From: an uncultured Lentisphaerales bacterium
Lineage (GTDB): Bacteria; Verrucomicrobiota; Lentisphaeria; JABSQK01; UBA12247
DNA length: 43,740 bases
Direction of reading: 5' to 3'
NCBI GenBank assembly: GCA_943788985.1
Contig: CALSSJ010000035.1
Coordinates: 1 to 43,740, forward strand
This document shows positions 1-9,660 of the stretch, piece by piece. Both the position numbers and the translations under genes were made by a program. How positions within the stretch are numbered: position 1 is the first letter of the stretch; each line of letters opens with the position of its first letter. Below the pieces are notes generated by a model. The model had not been told where the DNA came from. It saw only the letters and a program-made list of their open reading frames with translations, and searched no databases.

Positions 1-181
1 ATCAGTTAATCCCAATGTTGCGCAGTGCCTCATGGTGTAGCCTCGGGACATCATGCGGTCGCAGCGCTGCATAAAGATCAGCCAAAGTCGATGCTTGCAT
101 CGTCGTGTGGTTGCTAATGCTGGTTGCGAGCCATGAGGTTCCGCGAAAAACATATCTATTTACTGATCACTACGCTAGCGG

Positions 182-1186
182 TCACGACCCGCCTGGATTG
201 GGGGACAGGTCGGACTCGGTGGATTGGTAGCAAACGTTGAGTCTTTCTGCGGGAAGCATGACAGAACTGTGCTTCTCGAATCGCACAGAGTATTCTTCGT
301 CTTCACGGCTATCGATGAGGCGCGCCAGGTATTCGCCATAGACAAAGAGCGCGACGAATAGGATGCTAAATTGCAGTGACACGAACATGCTAAGTGAGGT
401 CCACCCTGGGCTGACTATGCCAGTAGTGAACAACTTCAGCATCAATGCGCCAGCCGAGATCGCCAAGCCGAGTAGGCTGCCGGCGAGGCCAAAACCACTG
501 ACTGCTCGCAGCGGCCAGACTGAGCTGAATACCAGCACGGAAGCAGCTTCGCTGAAGCCCTGAAGCAGCCGCTTGCATGGTTGCTTGCGGCCCGGCTTGT
601 ACTCGTAGATGGCTTTCTCGTAACCACTGCTCGAAATGTTGATAAAAAGACGGTGCGCGAAGGGCCCTTTGTGCAGGACCTCGAGCACAGCGCGCCGACT
701 CAAAACACGGAAGTTGGTTGCATTCTTGGGTACGTCATAGTTAATCAACTGGCCAATAATCCTGCGAAAACCAGCGCTAAGGGTGTTGTAGACAAAACCT
801 TGCCCACGGCTTGTTGTGCCGACAAGAATATCATAGCCAGACAAGGCGGTCTTCACCACGTCCGGAATAATCTCCGGGGCGTCAAAGCGCGGGTCAAGAA
901 GCACGATGACGTCGCCGATGGCATTCTCCATCCCTGCGCCGTACTGCACCTCTAAGGCCTTAGCTTCTGACAGCCCGATGTAGCGGATGCAGCTGATCTT
1001 AGTCAGTAGCCCGGTCACAATCCTGTCTGCATCAGAGCCATGCGGCGAGCAGTCTATGAGCACCATCTCGTATTCATGGTAATGCTCCTTGAGAATGGCA
1101 TCCAGTTCCTGAATGCATTCCTCCAACCGGTCCACAATTTGCCAAATCGGAACCACCACAGAGGTCAAACAACTTAGCTTTTCCAT
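182..1186 (-). CDS. Glycosyltransferase family 2, GtrB/ArnC-like (polyprenyl-phosphate glycosyltransferase type)
   Basis: SVVVP N-terminus, GDVIVLLD region, FRVLSRRAV motif, two C-terminal TM helices with PGWTSL and GEYLAR. Confidence 0.85.
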   Translation of the reverse strand: MEKLSCLTSVVVPIWQIVDRLEECIQELDAILKEHYHEYEMVLIDCSPHGSDADRIVTGLLTKISCIRYIGLSEAKALEVQYGAGMENAIGDVIVLLDPRFDAPEIIPDVVKTALSGYDILVGTTSRGQGFVYNTLSAGFRRIIGQLINYDVPKNATNFRVLSRRAVLEVLHKGPFAHRLFINISSSGYEKAIYEYKPGRKQPCKRLLQGFSEAASVLVFSSVWPLRAVSGFGLAGSLLGLAISAGALMLKLFTTGIVSPGWTSLSMFVSLQFSILFVALFVYGEYLARLIDSREDEEYSVRFEKHSSVMLPAERLNVCYQSTESDLSPNPGGS

Positions 1187-1189
1187 AAC

Positions 1190-2320
1190 CTAGCCCCCAA
1201 TATCATCGATTTCAGAGACAATATCGTATATATTGTCAATTTTCCCTCCCATTATGCAGTGCAGGTTTGGTAAACCGCAGTGTTTCTTGAACAGGATGGG
1301 GCGGCTGTCGTCAACCTCACTGGCGGGCAGGACGGTCTTGACCTCGTACATGGAGTCGATGTACTTGCTTTCTGCCAGGATCGGTACGTAGCGCTGAATG
1401 TCGCGATGCATATGCGGCCAGTGCGATTTGACGGACAGCTCTTTCATGTAGTCGTGAGCATTGAGATAGGGCTTCCCACCTGTATCGTACCACTCGCAGT
1501 GTGGGGTATACCGGACATGATGAAGGGAATGGACGCCGCGAGGTGGAAAGGGCATCACCGAGAAGAATGGCCCGCACATGATCGTGATGCCGACCTTCTC
1601 CAGCTCCTCAGGAACCTGTAGTAAGCAAGTTTCCGTAAACTCATGCTTGAGCGGAATGAGAGGAAGGCCCGAATCCGACAGAGGTTGGTTGATCAGCGAA
1701 TAGGTGCAGTTGAAGATACGTTTGCAGCGGATCTGTATACTGGCGCCGTCAGGAAGGGTGATCTTGACCTGGAGACCGCCGCCCGCCGCCTCGCTGATCT
1801 TTGTTACCTGCGATTCCGTCACGGCCTCTACACCCGCTTGCTTAAAACGGGTAATCATGCGCGTCTTGAGCGCAACAGAATCAAAGGCAAATTCGCGCGT
1901 TAAGAAGGCGTCTTCGACCAAGCGGTCGTTGAGCAGTTTACGAATCTTGTACGGCGCAGGCTCGCAGAAGACTCCGATGCTTTCACAGAATCTCTGATAC
2001 TGACGGGCTGTGACTTTGCTGAGAATCTTGCCAACTGCGTAGCATTGGTCGAAATCGGAGACAACGCAGTCCTCAAACTCCTCAATAAAGCGCGGAAATG
2101 CGGCAACGCAGCGAAGACCGGTAGTGATGCTTCTCGGATAGTGACAACCGTTGTGCACACGAGCCTGGTTAGTGTAAGATGCACGCTGGAGAAAATCCCG
2201 CTCCTTCTCAATCAGGATCGGTTCGCGCCCGTGGGTCTTCAAGTGCTCCGCGATGTACATCCCGAAGAAGCCGCCGCCGATAATCAGATCATCGTAGGTA
2301 TCACGTTTCGGGGCACTCAC
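1190..2320 (-). CDS. FAD-dependent oxidoreductase (DAO-like)
   Basis: IIGGGFFG dinucleotide-binding motif, ASYTNQARVHNGCHYPRS, terminal GGKIDNIYD. Confidence 0.85.
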   Translation of the reverse strand: MSAPKRDTYDDLIIGGGFFGMYIAEHLKTHGREPILIEKERDFLQRASYTNQARVHNGCHYPRSITTGLRCVAAFPRFIEEFEDCVVSDFDQCYAVGKILSKVTARQYQRFCESIGVFCEPAPYKIRKLLNDRLVEDAFLTREFAFDSVALKTRMITRFKQAGVEAVTESQVTKISEAAGGGLQVKITLPDGASIQIRCKRIFNCTYSLINQPLSDSGLPLIPLKHEFTETCLLQVPEELEKVGITIMCGPFFSVMPFPPRGVHSLHHVRYTPHCEWYDTGGKPYLNAHDYMKELSVKSHWPHMHRDIQRYVPILAESKYIDSMYEVKTVLPASEVDDSRPILFKKHCGLPNLHCIMGGKIDNIYDIVSEIDDIGG

Positions 2321-3138
2321 GTCGTTGGTCTCCCATAGGTGTGACTGACAAACTTGGCGGCTGCTGCCACCGCTTCGACTGCTGGTTCACTGCGCACCAT
2401 CTCAATTGACACCCACCCGTCATAGCCACCGTCGTGCAGTGCGGCTGCTGCAACCGCGTGATTGCCTTCTGGACTGCTGAAGTCTGCGAGGAAAGGCTCA
2501 CTAGCATGAAAGTGGGCCAGAAGATTGCCAGCGTCGTTGATGACCGATTCAGGGTCCTCAAAAATAAGCCTCATTGCTGCCGCATCGCAATGGAATTGAA
2601 TCCCGGGATGCGCAACCTGGCGTACAAAGGCGACAGTGTCCTCGCTTTGGTTGAGAAAATCACACTTGTAATCGGCGGGATTCATCTCGATGCCCAGCAC
2701 CACTCCGCGCTCGTGGCATATCTCGCCTGCCTGCGCGAAGAACTCTGCTGCGACCTGAGTGGCATCCGCAATGGCCATGGCGCCACGAATCCGGTTCTTA
2801 GGCGACCCAAAAACCAGCACACGGGCCCCGAATGAGACGGCAAGATCTGCGACAAACTCAAGGTGCGAGAGGGTAGCCCTCCGAGCCTCGGGTGAAGCAA
2901 AGAGCTCAAGCCCATCCGTTGCATACAGCAGCGACTGCAGCGCGGGAATCTCGAATCCCTCGTTCGCCAGCTTGCGGGCATATTCCTCTGCTGCTGCAGG
3001 AGAGGCGCCGCGCCATTCCGGCCAGAGCTTGGTAGGCGCCACCTCGATTCCAGTCAAACCGTGCTCTCTGGCCGCGGCCAGAGCCGCCGCTTCCTCGTAG
3101 GTATTCCAGGCGATATTGGAGATGGCAAGCTTCATCAT
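2317..3138 (-). CDS. Sugar phosphate isomerase/epimerase (xylose isomerase-like TIM barrel)
   Basis: KLAISNIAW, LVFGSPKNR, HFHASEP, WVSIEM motifs; 4-nt overlaps with both neighbours. Confidence 0.85.
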   Translation of the reverse strand: MMKLAISNIAWNTYEEAAALAAAREHGLTGIEVAPTKLWPEWRGASPAAAEEYARKLANEGFEIPALQSLLYATDGLELFASPEARRATLSHLEFVADLAVSFGARVLVFGSPKNRIRGAMAIADATQVAAEFFAQAGEICHERGVVLGIEMNPADYKCDFLNQSEDTVAFVRQVAHPGIQFHCDAAAMRLIFEDPESVINDAGNLLAHFHASEPFLADFSSPEGNHAVAAAALHDGGYDGWVSIEMVRSEPAVEAVAAAAKFVSHTYGRPTT

Positions 3139-3935
3139 GATATCGGCGGGCGCGCCTTGTCGTAGCTTTGTACGAAGTGAGCAATACGCGCATGCACCGT
3201 CCCAGCATCATAACGATAGCGTCCGGCGTTGCCGAAGACCTCTGCATGTGCCGTATGAAGATCGTAACGGAACGCGCCGCCACGGTCAGTGCCGACTGCC
3301 ATACCGCGGAAGCAGCGGTCGAGAATCTCTTGCACCAGCACTGGCTCGGGGAATAGATTGATGGTGTTGACTTTGGCAGCCGCGACCATCTGAATGTCCT
3401 CCCACAGGCCAGCAAGGTCGTAGAATTGCATACGTGAGTCGGGATTGATCTTGTCCACCATGTTGTCGTTCAGCAAGTCATACAAGCAGCCCTTCTTCAG
3501 GCCATCCCCAAAGATGTGCGGCAAACGCACTATCAGGTGTGATGGAAAGCGAGCGCGAATGAAGTCCTCAAATTCGAGGCGGTGATTGCCGTAAGCGTTG
3601 TCCAGTCGCGTCACCCCATGGCAATCGAAGGACTCATCTGCACCCTTCAGCACAGGATAGACATCGATCGTGGATATAAGCACAAAAAAGTCCGTCTCGA
3701 CGGTCGCGACGACATCTTGCAGCCTGCGGATCGCCTCACGGTCCTCTGCCGGAAACTTATTGGCTTTCCATTTGACTGCTGAGATGCCGCAGCAGACCAC
3801 TGCGCTAAAGGCCTTGTCCAGCATTTTGCGAAAGTTCTTCGAATTGAAAAAGTGCCCGAATGCGTGTTGCTGCTGCAGATTCTGGCCAACGAATCCCGTG
3901 TAGCCAATTAGCGCTGATTGCTCAGAATGTATCAA
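3135..3935 (-). CDS. NAD(P)-dependent epimerase/dehydratase-like protein
   Basis: ALIGYTGFVG Rossmann motif, LISTIDVY, YGNHRLEFE. Confidence 0.8.
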   Translation of the reverse strand: MIHSEQSALIGYTGFVGQNLQQQHAFGHFFNSKNFRKMLDKAFSAVVCCGISAVKWKANKFPAEDREAIRRLQDVVATVETDFFVLISTIDVYPVLKGADESFDCHGVTRLDNAYGNHRLEFEDFIRARFPSHLIVRLPHIFGDGLKKGCLYDLLNDNMVDKINPDSRMQFYDLAGLWEDIQMVAAAKVNTINLFPEPVLVQEILDRCFRGMAVGTDRGGAFRYDLHTAHAEVFGNAGRYRYDAGTVHARIAHFVQSYDKARPPIS

Positions 3936-4738
3936 ACCCCGGCCCTTTGCTGCTTGGCCGTCGCTTTCGCCTGTGCGACTTGGTCGTCATATGCCCGTTT
4001 CTCTGCGCGCAGATCGTCACGCAGAAAGATACGCTTTGCGGAAATAGCCACGAGGGTAACCGCAAAGCGACGCACCATTTTGATGATCGAGAAGTTTGAG
4101 ACCCGCGCGTTGTCGCCATACCAATTGGTGGTGATCTGCTTCACGCGGAACTTCCGGATCAAGATCTCAAGCGGAATTTCGATCTCAAGATTGAAGTGAC
4201 AAGCCTGGAATGGTCCGCAAGTATCCAGAACCTCGCGGCGATAGGCTTTGAACGGATTTGTGAGGTCGTTAAACGGGCACACATGTAGAACCCGCAGAAA
4301 GAGATTTGCACAGCGATTGATGACACGCTTGACAGGCGGATAGTCTCGGAGTACTGCCCCCTCTATGAATCGGGAGCCGAAGGCACAGTCATAGCCCTCG
4401 TCTCGCACGACGTGATAGAGACGAACCGCATCTTCCGGTTCGTCGCAGCCATCAGCCATGCACACTGTCACGATATCCCCGGATATGTATTGAAGCCCCG
4501 ATCGAATTGCCCGACCAAAACCGCCTGGTGGCTGCCGATCCACTCGTCGAACGTTAGAGTCTTGTGCGCAAATCTCCCCAACGACTTCGGCAGTTCGATC
4601 GCTGCTGTTATCGTTCACCACGACAATCTCATACGGAATAGCTTCCCGGCTTAGCACGACCTGGAGATTCTTGATTGTGTCAGCAATGTACTGTTCCTCG
4701 TTGTAGCACGGGATAATGATACTGAAGCGATCCACCAT
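3932..4738 (-). CDS. Glycosyltransferase family 2 (DPM1-like)
   Basis: SIIIPCYNEE, VVVNDNSSDRT, MADGCD, AFGSRF; start placed at MVDRFS (4738). Confidence 0.9.
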   Translation of the reverse strand: MVDRFSIIIPCYNEEQYIADTIKNLQVVLSREAIPYEIVVVNDNSSDRTAEVVGEICAQDSNVRRVDRQPPGGFGRAIRSGLQYISGDIVTVCMADGCDEPEDAVRLYHVVRDEGYDCAFGSRFIEGAVLRDYPPVKRVINRCANLFLRVLHVCPFNDLTNPFKAYRREVLDTCGPFQACHFNLEIEIPLEILIRKFRVKQITTNWYGDNARVSNFSIIKMVRRFAVTLVAISAKRIFLRDDLRAEKRAYDDQVAQAKATAKQQRAGV

Positions 4739-5211
4739 CCATCCCCTTGGGTATAGCAACACGTTCCGGCAAGTGCCAGCATGAGCCGAAACAATATCGC
4801 CAAGAGCAGCCACCCGCAAGTGCCCTCAAGGAAATTCGCTGTGTGACTATCTATCCATGAATGGGGCCGCTCGAAAAAGTCACCACCCTGAGCAGCATCG
4901 CTGAGCAGCCTATGAATAGTCGTGGATTGGGAGAAGCTGCGCTACGTTGGGGGGAAGTACACTGCTGCCCCCCCCTTTGGCGAGTCGAGCTCTGGACAAG
5001 GTCGGCGATGTATCTGCTCCCCAGCCCCTCTCCCCTCACGCACGCCTTAGGTAGAGCTCCAGCTTCAGGAGAATCATCAAAGCGAAGTTTATTGGGCATA
5101 GAATCGCACATGTGGGCCATCACTGCAGTAGCAGCTAGAATACTAACCTGAATAATTCACGCGAGCGCGAAGCACAGCCGAAGGCAATCCACTGCGAGCG
5201 CCTACTGCACT

Positions 5212-6212
5212 CACACCAGTTCCCTCTCTGACCTGCTCGGCAGCGACATCCTGAACTTTGCCGATGACCGCTACTATCGCATCAGCGACAAGCTCCTGGC
5301 GGCCAAAGACAAGATCGAAGCCCACCTGCGACACGCTCAAAAAGCACGCTTCAACCTCCAGCGCACCATCATCCTCTACGACCTAACAAACACGCACTTC
5401 GAGGGCGTCTGTCGGCACAACCCAAAAGCCAAGCGCGGCAAGAACAAGCAGAAGCGCAACGACTGCCCACAGGTCGTTGTCGGCATGGTCTTCGACGAAT
5501 TTGACTTCGAACTGGCGCACCAGACCTTCAGCGGTAACACCCAGGACTCGACCACGCTCGCGTTCTTGGTAAACACCCTCAAAAAGCTCACCGATAGCGA
5601 TCAGGAGTTGGCCGACGCCAAGCCCATTGTCGTCGTCGATGCTGGCATCGCGACCATAGACAACCTGCGGCGACTGCGTGAAGAAGGCTTTAGTTATCTC
5701 GTCAATGCCAGTCGCCAACAGCGAGAGGTCTACGCCGATCATTTTCGCGACGATAGCGGCTTTGAGGCAGTGCCCGGTCGCGAGAAAAACGGCCGAGCGC
5801 GAGCCCCTGTTCTGGTTAAAGCCGTCGATCATACTTTCACCGAAGAAGCCACCGACGAGGCCACCGACAGCGAAACCGCACCAGAGATCATTGCTGAGCG
5901 CTTGGTCTTGTGTAAAAGCGGCACTCGCGGTAACAAAGAACGTGCTATGATCAGCAAGGCCGAGGAGAAACTCCTTGAGCGCCTGCAGAAGCTCGCCACT
6001 CGCATCGCCAAGGGTCAAATCAAGAAGTTTTCCAAGATTCATGAAGCCATCGGTCGGCTGCGCAGCAACAACTCGCGAGTGGTCAGATTCTACGACATCG
6101 ACTTTCAGGCAGCCAAGAAACCTGCGAAAGGCGAGCCTTCGGGCGTCTTGCACTACACCCGCAAAGACCAACTTTTTACTGACAGTCAGTTGGTCATGGG
6201 CTGCTACGTGCT
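5212..6212 (+). pseudogene. IS1634-family DDE transposase, internal fragment truncated at both ends
   Basis: Frame open upstream of the 5485 ATG reads ILYDLTNTHFEG...KRGKNKQKRNDCPQVVVG, then FSGNTQD, VVVDAGI, GCYVL; similarity stops at about 6212 before the catalytic Glu region; left boundary approximate. Confidence 0.8.
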
Positions 6213-6651
6213 AGTGCTCATTCGAAAAGCCACCGAGCCAGTAAAAGGAGTGTTCATAGTGCATGCCGGAGCGGGGCGATTGGTTCGGCTTAGGCGAAGA
6301 ATGGAGCGCTCGCCAGAATGGCAGGCAAACCATGCAAACGGAGTAGATATAGGACCATGCCGCCCCCGATTTTCACTTGAGCGCTGTTCGCAGGGGCGGT
6401 CAGGCAGCCAGGCGTTCTCGCTGCCGGGCCGCCTCGTCAGCGCGACGTAGCTGCGCCGCGCGCACCAGATTGTAGGCCAGCGCCTTCTCCAGCAGTTCCC
6501 CCTTGACGCGTTGGAGTCCGCAGCGGCGCAGCGAACCGAAGGCAAAACTGTGTTTGAGAACGAAAATCCCAGATTCGCAACTCGCGCGTAGGCTGCGAGC
6601 CTGTAGGTGCTCAGGACGGCCCCACTCCTCCTCACCAAGCAGCCGCTTGCT
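6213..6651 (-). mobile_element. 3' end of an IS5/ISNCY-like element: transposase C-terminus (stop at 6400) plus terminal non-coding DNA
   Basis: RASCESGIFVLKHSFAFGSLRRCG...ELLEKALAYNL resembles the DDE C-terminal signature; a diverged copy at 42896-43161 starts with the same AGTGCTCATTCGAAAAGCCACC. Confidence 0.65.
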
Positions 6652-7317
6652 TTCGCCGATTTCAGTGACTGGCTGAAGGAGCAGAAGGAAGGTGATCTCG
6701 TCGCCTTCTTCCGCAAGACGGTCGCTGTCGTCATCATGTGGAATTTGACAGAAACGATTGTCAGGAAGCAACAGTTTGGCGGCTATCGTCATGCCATCGT
6801 CACCTACACACTGGCGTGGTTTCACGAGATCACAGACCTGAAGGTTGATCTCGACCGAATATGGTCAGAGCAGAAACTCGATGATTCCGTGACGGAGGCG
6901 CTCGAGCTTCTTTGTGTTCATGTGAATGAGCATATCCGCGATACCGACCGGAACGTGACGGAGTGGGCGAAGAAGGAAGCGTGCTGGATTGGTCTGAAGG
7001 AGCGGGCCAGGCCAGAGCTGCCCAAGCTTGGGTTGGCGTCAGTCACTTCCCGAAGCCCGAAGAAAACGGAGATCAGGCGTAAATCGCAGGCCGAGTCTAT
7101 GGACTTTTGCAGCAGGTACCCGGGCGAGGCATGGTTTGCCCTTTCCAAGTGGCTGAAGGAACGCGATTTCATGCAGGGGAAGCAGCGTAGCCAGTGCTTC
7201 CATATGGGCAGAAAACTGAAGAAGGGCGACAAGCCATCTGCGGTGCTCTCAGCCGCCTGCCAGAAAATCTGGGAAGATGCCGCGGCAAGCTATGGCTGGG
7301 ACTGGACGGACGGCTAA
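6652..7317 (+). pseudogene. AIPR-family protein, C-terminal fragment
   Basis: GGYRHAIVTYTLA, DLDRIWSEQKL, NVTEWAKKEACW resemble AIPR C-termini; 5' part replaced by IS DNA; convergent with a C5 methyltransferase. Confidence 0.7.
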
Positions 7318-7320
7318 ACG

Positions 7321-7787
7321 TCAGTCGATCGAATCAAGTATCTCAGCGACGACCTTACCTATTTGCTCGGCGAGATAGGGTGGCACAGCGTTGCCCACCT
7401 GCTTGTATTGTTCAGTACGAGGCCCCTCAAAGAAATAGTCATCGGGGAATGTCTGCAGGCGCGCGGCCTCGCGCACGGTTAAGCTCCGGCATTGAGCAGG
7501 ATCGTAATGAATAAAGTAGTGACCGTCCTTTGCAATATGGCACGTTACCGTCGACGAAGGATGATCGGCAAGCTGCACCCTGAAGCGATCTGCAAACTTT
7601 CCGGTCTTGGCATTCTTGTGGTTCGGCAGAAGGGCCTCTGGATATTCACTCAGCTTCGGTGACCGATCGTGAACTTGCGCATAAGCCGCTGCGTATATGT
7701 ATCGCCAAAGGTCAGAGGCCATGTGACTGCGTGGAGAGTGGTTGGCGACCCCCTTCAAGCGCCTCGAATCGCGACGGTACCAACTGT
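7321..7787 (-). pseudogene. DNA (cytosine-5) methyltransferase, C-terminal fragment
   Basis: HIAKDGHYFIH, RSLTVREAARLQTFPD (motif IX), QYKQVGNAVPP (motif X); N-terminal catalytic part replaced by the IS91-like end at 7788. Confidence 0.85.
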
Positions 7788-7958
7788 AACACCTATCTGC
7801 GCGGAATATCGGCACGCAGCAGGAAGGGAGGACGGCCGGGCCAGCTGGCCCGGCCGTCCTCCCTTCCGTTTCTTCGCCGTCTCCGCCCCGTTTCCTTGAA
7901 TACCTCATCCCGTCAGCGTATCTTGGCTGTATCGGGAAAAAGCAATTTCCTATCAGTT
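7788..7958 (+). mobile_element. IS91/ISCR-like element 3' (ori) end only
   Basis: Matches the last 171 nt of 10784-11640 and 28405-29683; includes the 46-bp palindrome and ends GCAATTTCCTATCAGTT. Confidence 0.85.
7822..7867. repeat. Perfect 46-bp palindrome in the IS 3' region (also 11504-11549, 29547-29592)
   Basis: GGAAGGGAGGACGGCCGGGCCAG|CTGGCCCGGCCGTCCTCCCTTCC is self-complementary. Confidence 0.95.
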
Positions 7959-8073
7959 TGGCCGAGATTTGGCGCGACATCCGCCAACTGACCGCTCGGA
8001 TCAACGATGGCGAGAGTCAGGTGCATCAATCATTCAACATTCAATATTCGATGTCCCCATCTCGAACCTCGAG

Positions 8074-8607
8074 CTACCGGAACCTAATGACCGTCCCTGG
8101 GGGTCCGGACATCGCCACCCCGTAGGTGGGAGTCGCGTTCCGGAGATGAACCCAGCCGATGCCCTCCGCCCAGGCGTAGCCGTCAAACTCCCCGTTCGTC
8201 AGGTTGACGGTCACCTGGCCGTGACTCGGGTTGACGTTGACCCAGCCGGTAGTCTCGCTCCAGGCGTAGCCGGAGAGATTGCCAGCGCCGTCCATGTTCA
8301 CGCCCCAGGTGGTCGGGTCAGTATTGGCGTACGGCCCGCTGCCGGCGCCGGCGCCGAGCTTGATCCAGCCGACGCGCTCCGCCCAGACGTAGCCTTTCAG
8401 GTAGCTGTTGGCGCCGTCCAGCACGACGGTGACGCTGCCGTTGGCATCGCCCCAGTTCTGCCAGCCGGCGGTTTCAGACCAACTGTGCTTGGCGCCTGGA
8501 TCGATGCTGCGATCGTCCGCTGTGGCGACGCTTGCCGCAAGCAACAACAGCGCCATGGCAGCGCTCGCAGATATTCCGTGGCGAACATGAGTGTGACGGC
8601 AAATCAT
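8074..8607 (-). CDS. Secreted Trp-repeat (GYAWSExxGW-type) protein, 177 aa
   Basis: AAGGAG RBS, signal peptide, four repeats (HSWSETAGW, GYVWAERVGW, GYAWSETTGW, GYAWAEGIGW), C-terminal PPGTVIRFR. Confidence 0.75.
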   Translation of the reverse strand: MICRHTHVRHGISASAAMALLLLAASVATADDRSIDPGAKHSWSETAGWQNWGDANGSVTVVLDGANSYLKGYVWAERVGWIKLGAGAGSGPYANTDPTTWGVNMDGAGNLSGYAWSETTGWVNVNPSHGQVTVNLTNGEFDGYAWAEGIGWVHLRNATPTYGVAMSGPPGTVIRFR

Positions 8608-8662
8608 GGTTTTTTTCTCCTTCGTTTGTGTATCTCTGTGGTTTAGGTATATGGAAGTACGG

Positions 8663-9109
8663 TCATGTGGCGGCGCCGGTCCAACGCCAGCCCAGGACAC
8701 GTTCAAAAATGCCGTGGATGCGCCGCTCGGTCTGGTGGATCCAGGCGACGGGTGCCGCGGCGTCCCACAGGAGCCGCTTTGCCAGCATGAGCGCATCCTG
8801 GTGGAAGCGCGCCGGCAACAGGCCCATGCGTGCCCAGAAATCCGCGAGTGAGTGCAGCGGCCCGGCGAAAAGCTCCCAGTGACTGCCGCGCTGGATGACG
8901 ACCGCGTGCCCGGGCAAACAGCGGACAAAGAACTGGCACTGCGCCCGATATGTTTGGGCCGCATACGGAACCGGGCAGCGCAGCGCCACCTGCGTCTCGT
9001 TCCACGCAAAGTACTCCTTCAGCCAGGGGAAGCGCTCCTGCAGCCCGGCAACCAGCCGACGCCAGGCGGCCCGCCGAAAGTGTCCCGAGTAGGACGTCAA
9101 CCACTGCTG
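8663..9109 (-). pseudogene. C-terminal remnant of a DGR-type reverse transcriptase (thumb end plus extension)
   Basis: WLTSYSGHFRRAAWRRL resembles the SYxGHxxHA thumb-end motif of DGR RTs; no start codon and no YxDD core; context of DUF1566 target and MutS-like gene. Confidence 0.65.
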
Positions 9110-9344
9110 CCCGCACCAGCTTGCCCACGTACATGTCCAGGCCTGACTTCGGGAAACCGCCCACCACCACTGGTGCATCCACGTCGCCGGCCATCTTCAG
9201 CTTCAACCCCGTCACTGCCGAGACCTGCCGTGCGTCATCATTCATCACCTGCATGAACGTACCCACCTGCATCAACAACACCGCGTCCGGGTGCGCCGCC
9301 TTCAGGCTCGAATACTGCTCACATAACGTAGTCGAAAATACCAT
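9110..9344 (-). pseudogene. MutS domain I-like small protein (DGR accessory 'MSL' type), cut near its C-terminus
   Basis: EQYSSLKAAHPDAVLLMQVGTFMQVMNDDA...GLKL...GFPKSGLDMYVGKLVRA matches the MutS_I pattern; the expected GxxVA continuation is replaced by RT DNA. Confidence 0.8.
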
Positions 9345-9356
9345 TTTAAAAATCCG

Positions 9357-9389
9357 GCGCTTCGCGCGACCAGGTGGCAAGCCCCCTGG
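9357..9389 (-). promoter_or_regulatory. Two GC-rich hairpins downstream of the variable region (candidate DGR target-recognition stem-loops)
   Basis: Coding strand CCAGGGGGC-TT-GCCACCTGG (9370-9389, one mismatch) and GCGC-GAA-GCGC (9357-9367), about 45-80 nt after the DUF1566 stop. Confidence 0.6.
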
Positions 9390-9434
9390 ACCCCCAAAGG
9401 GTCGAAGCGTTCAAAGGGTCAAAGGGCCGAATCA

Positions 9435-9660
9435 TCATTCTCCGCCGCGGACCGGCCACACATAGAGCGCGTGGGTCTTGCCGGTCCCGCGCCCACGTCG
9501 CCGTAGCCCACGTCCACGTTCCACGCGTAGACGGTATAGCCCGCGTCCGTAGTACTGGACCAGTAGCCCCCCCCCTGCACGCCGCTGAACGGGTGCCCCG
9601 TGGGCAACGCCGGACCGGACGTTCCCGCAGGTCGATCAAGCTGTGCAGTTCTTTCTCCGT
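9435..9660 (-). other. DGR variable region (VR), allele 1
   Basis: Dense substitutions versus 31184-31410, mostly at codon positions 1-2, with invariant 3' TATGTGTGGCCGGTCCGCGGCGGAGAATGA (IMH-like). Confidence 0.8.

Noticed and set aside
4851..5210. Short ORFs and C/G-rich tracts upstream of the GT2 operon
   Set aside because: No recognisable protein motif or clear paired repeat; the similarity to the IS terminus near 4869 is too short to call.
7788..8004. N-terminus of the 227-aa ORF 7321..8004 as part of the methyltransferase
   Set aside because: It is the antisense reading of the IS end; the same peptide appears at 29481..29762.
8663..9380. Intact MutS, intact RT, retron or group II intron
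   Set aside because: Only about 78 aa of MutS domain I and an RT tail are present; no ATPase domain, YxDD core or intron structure was seen.
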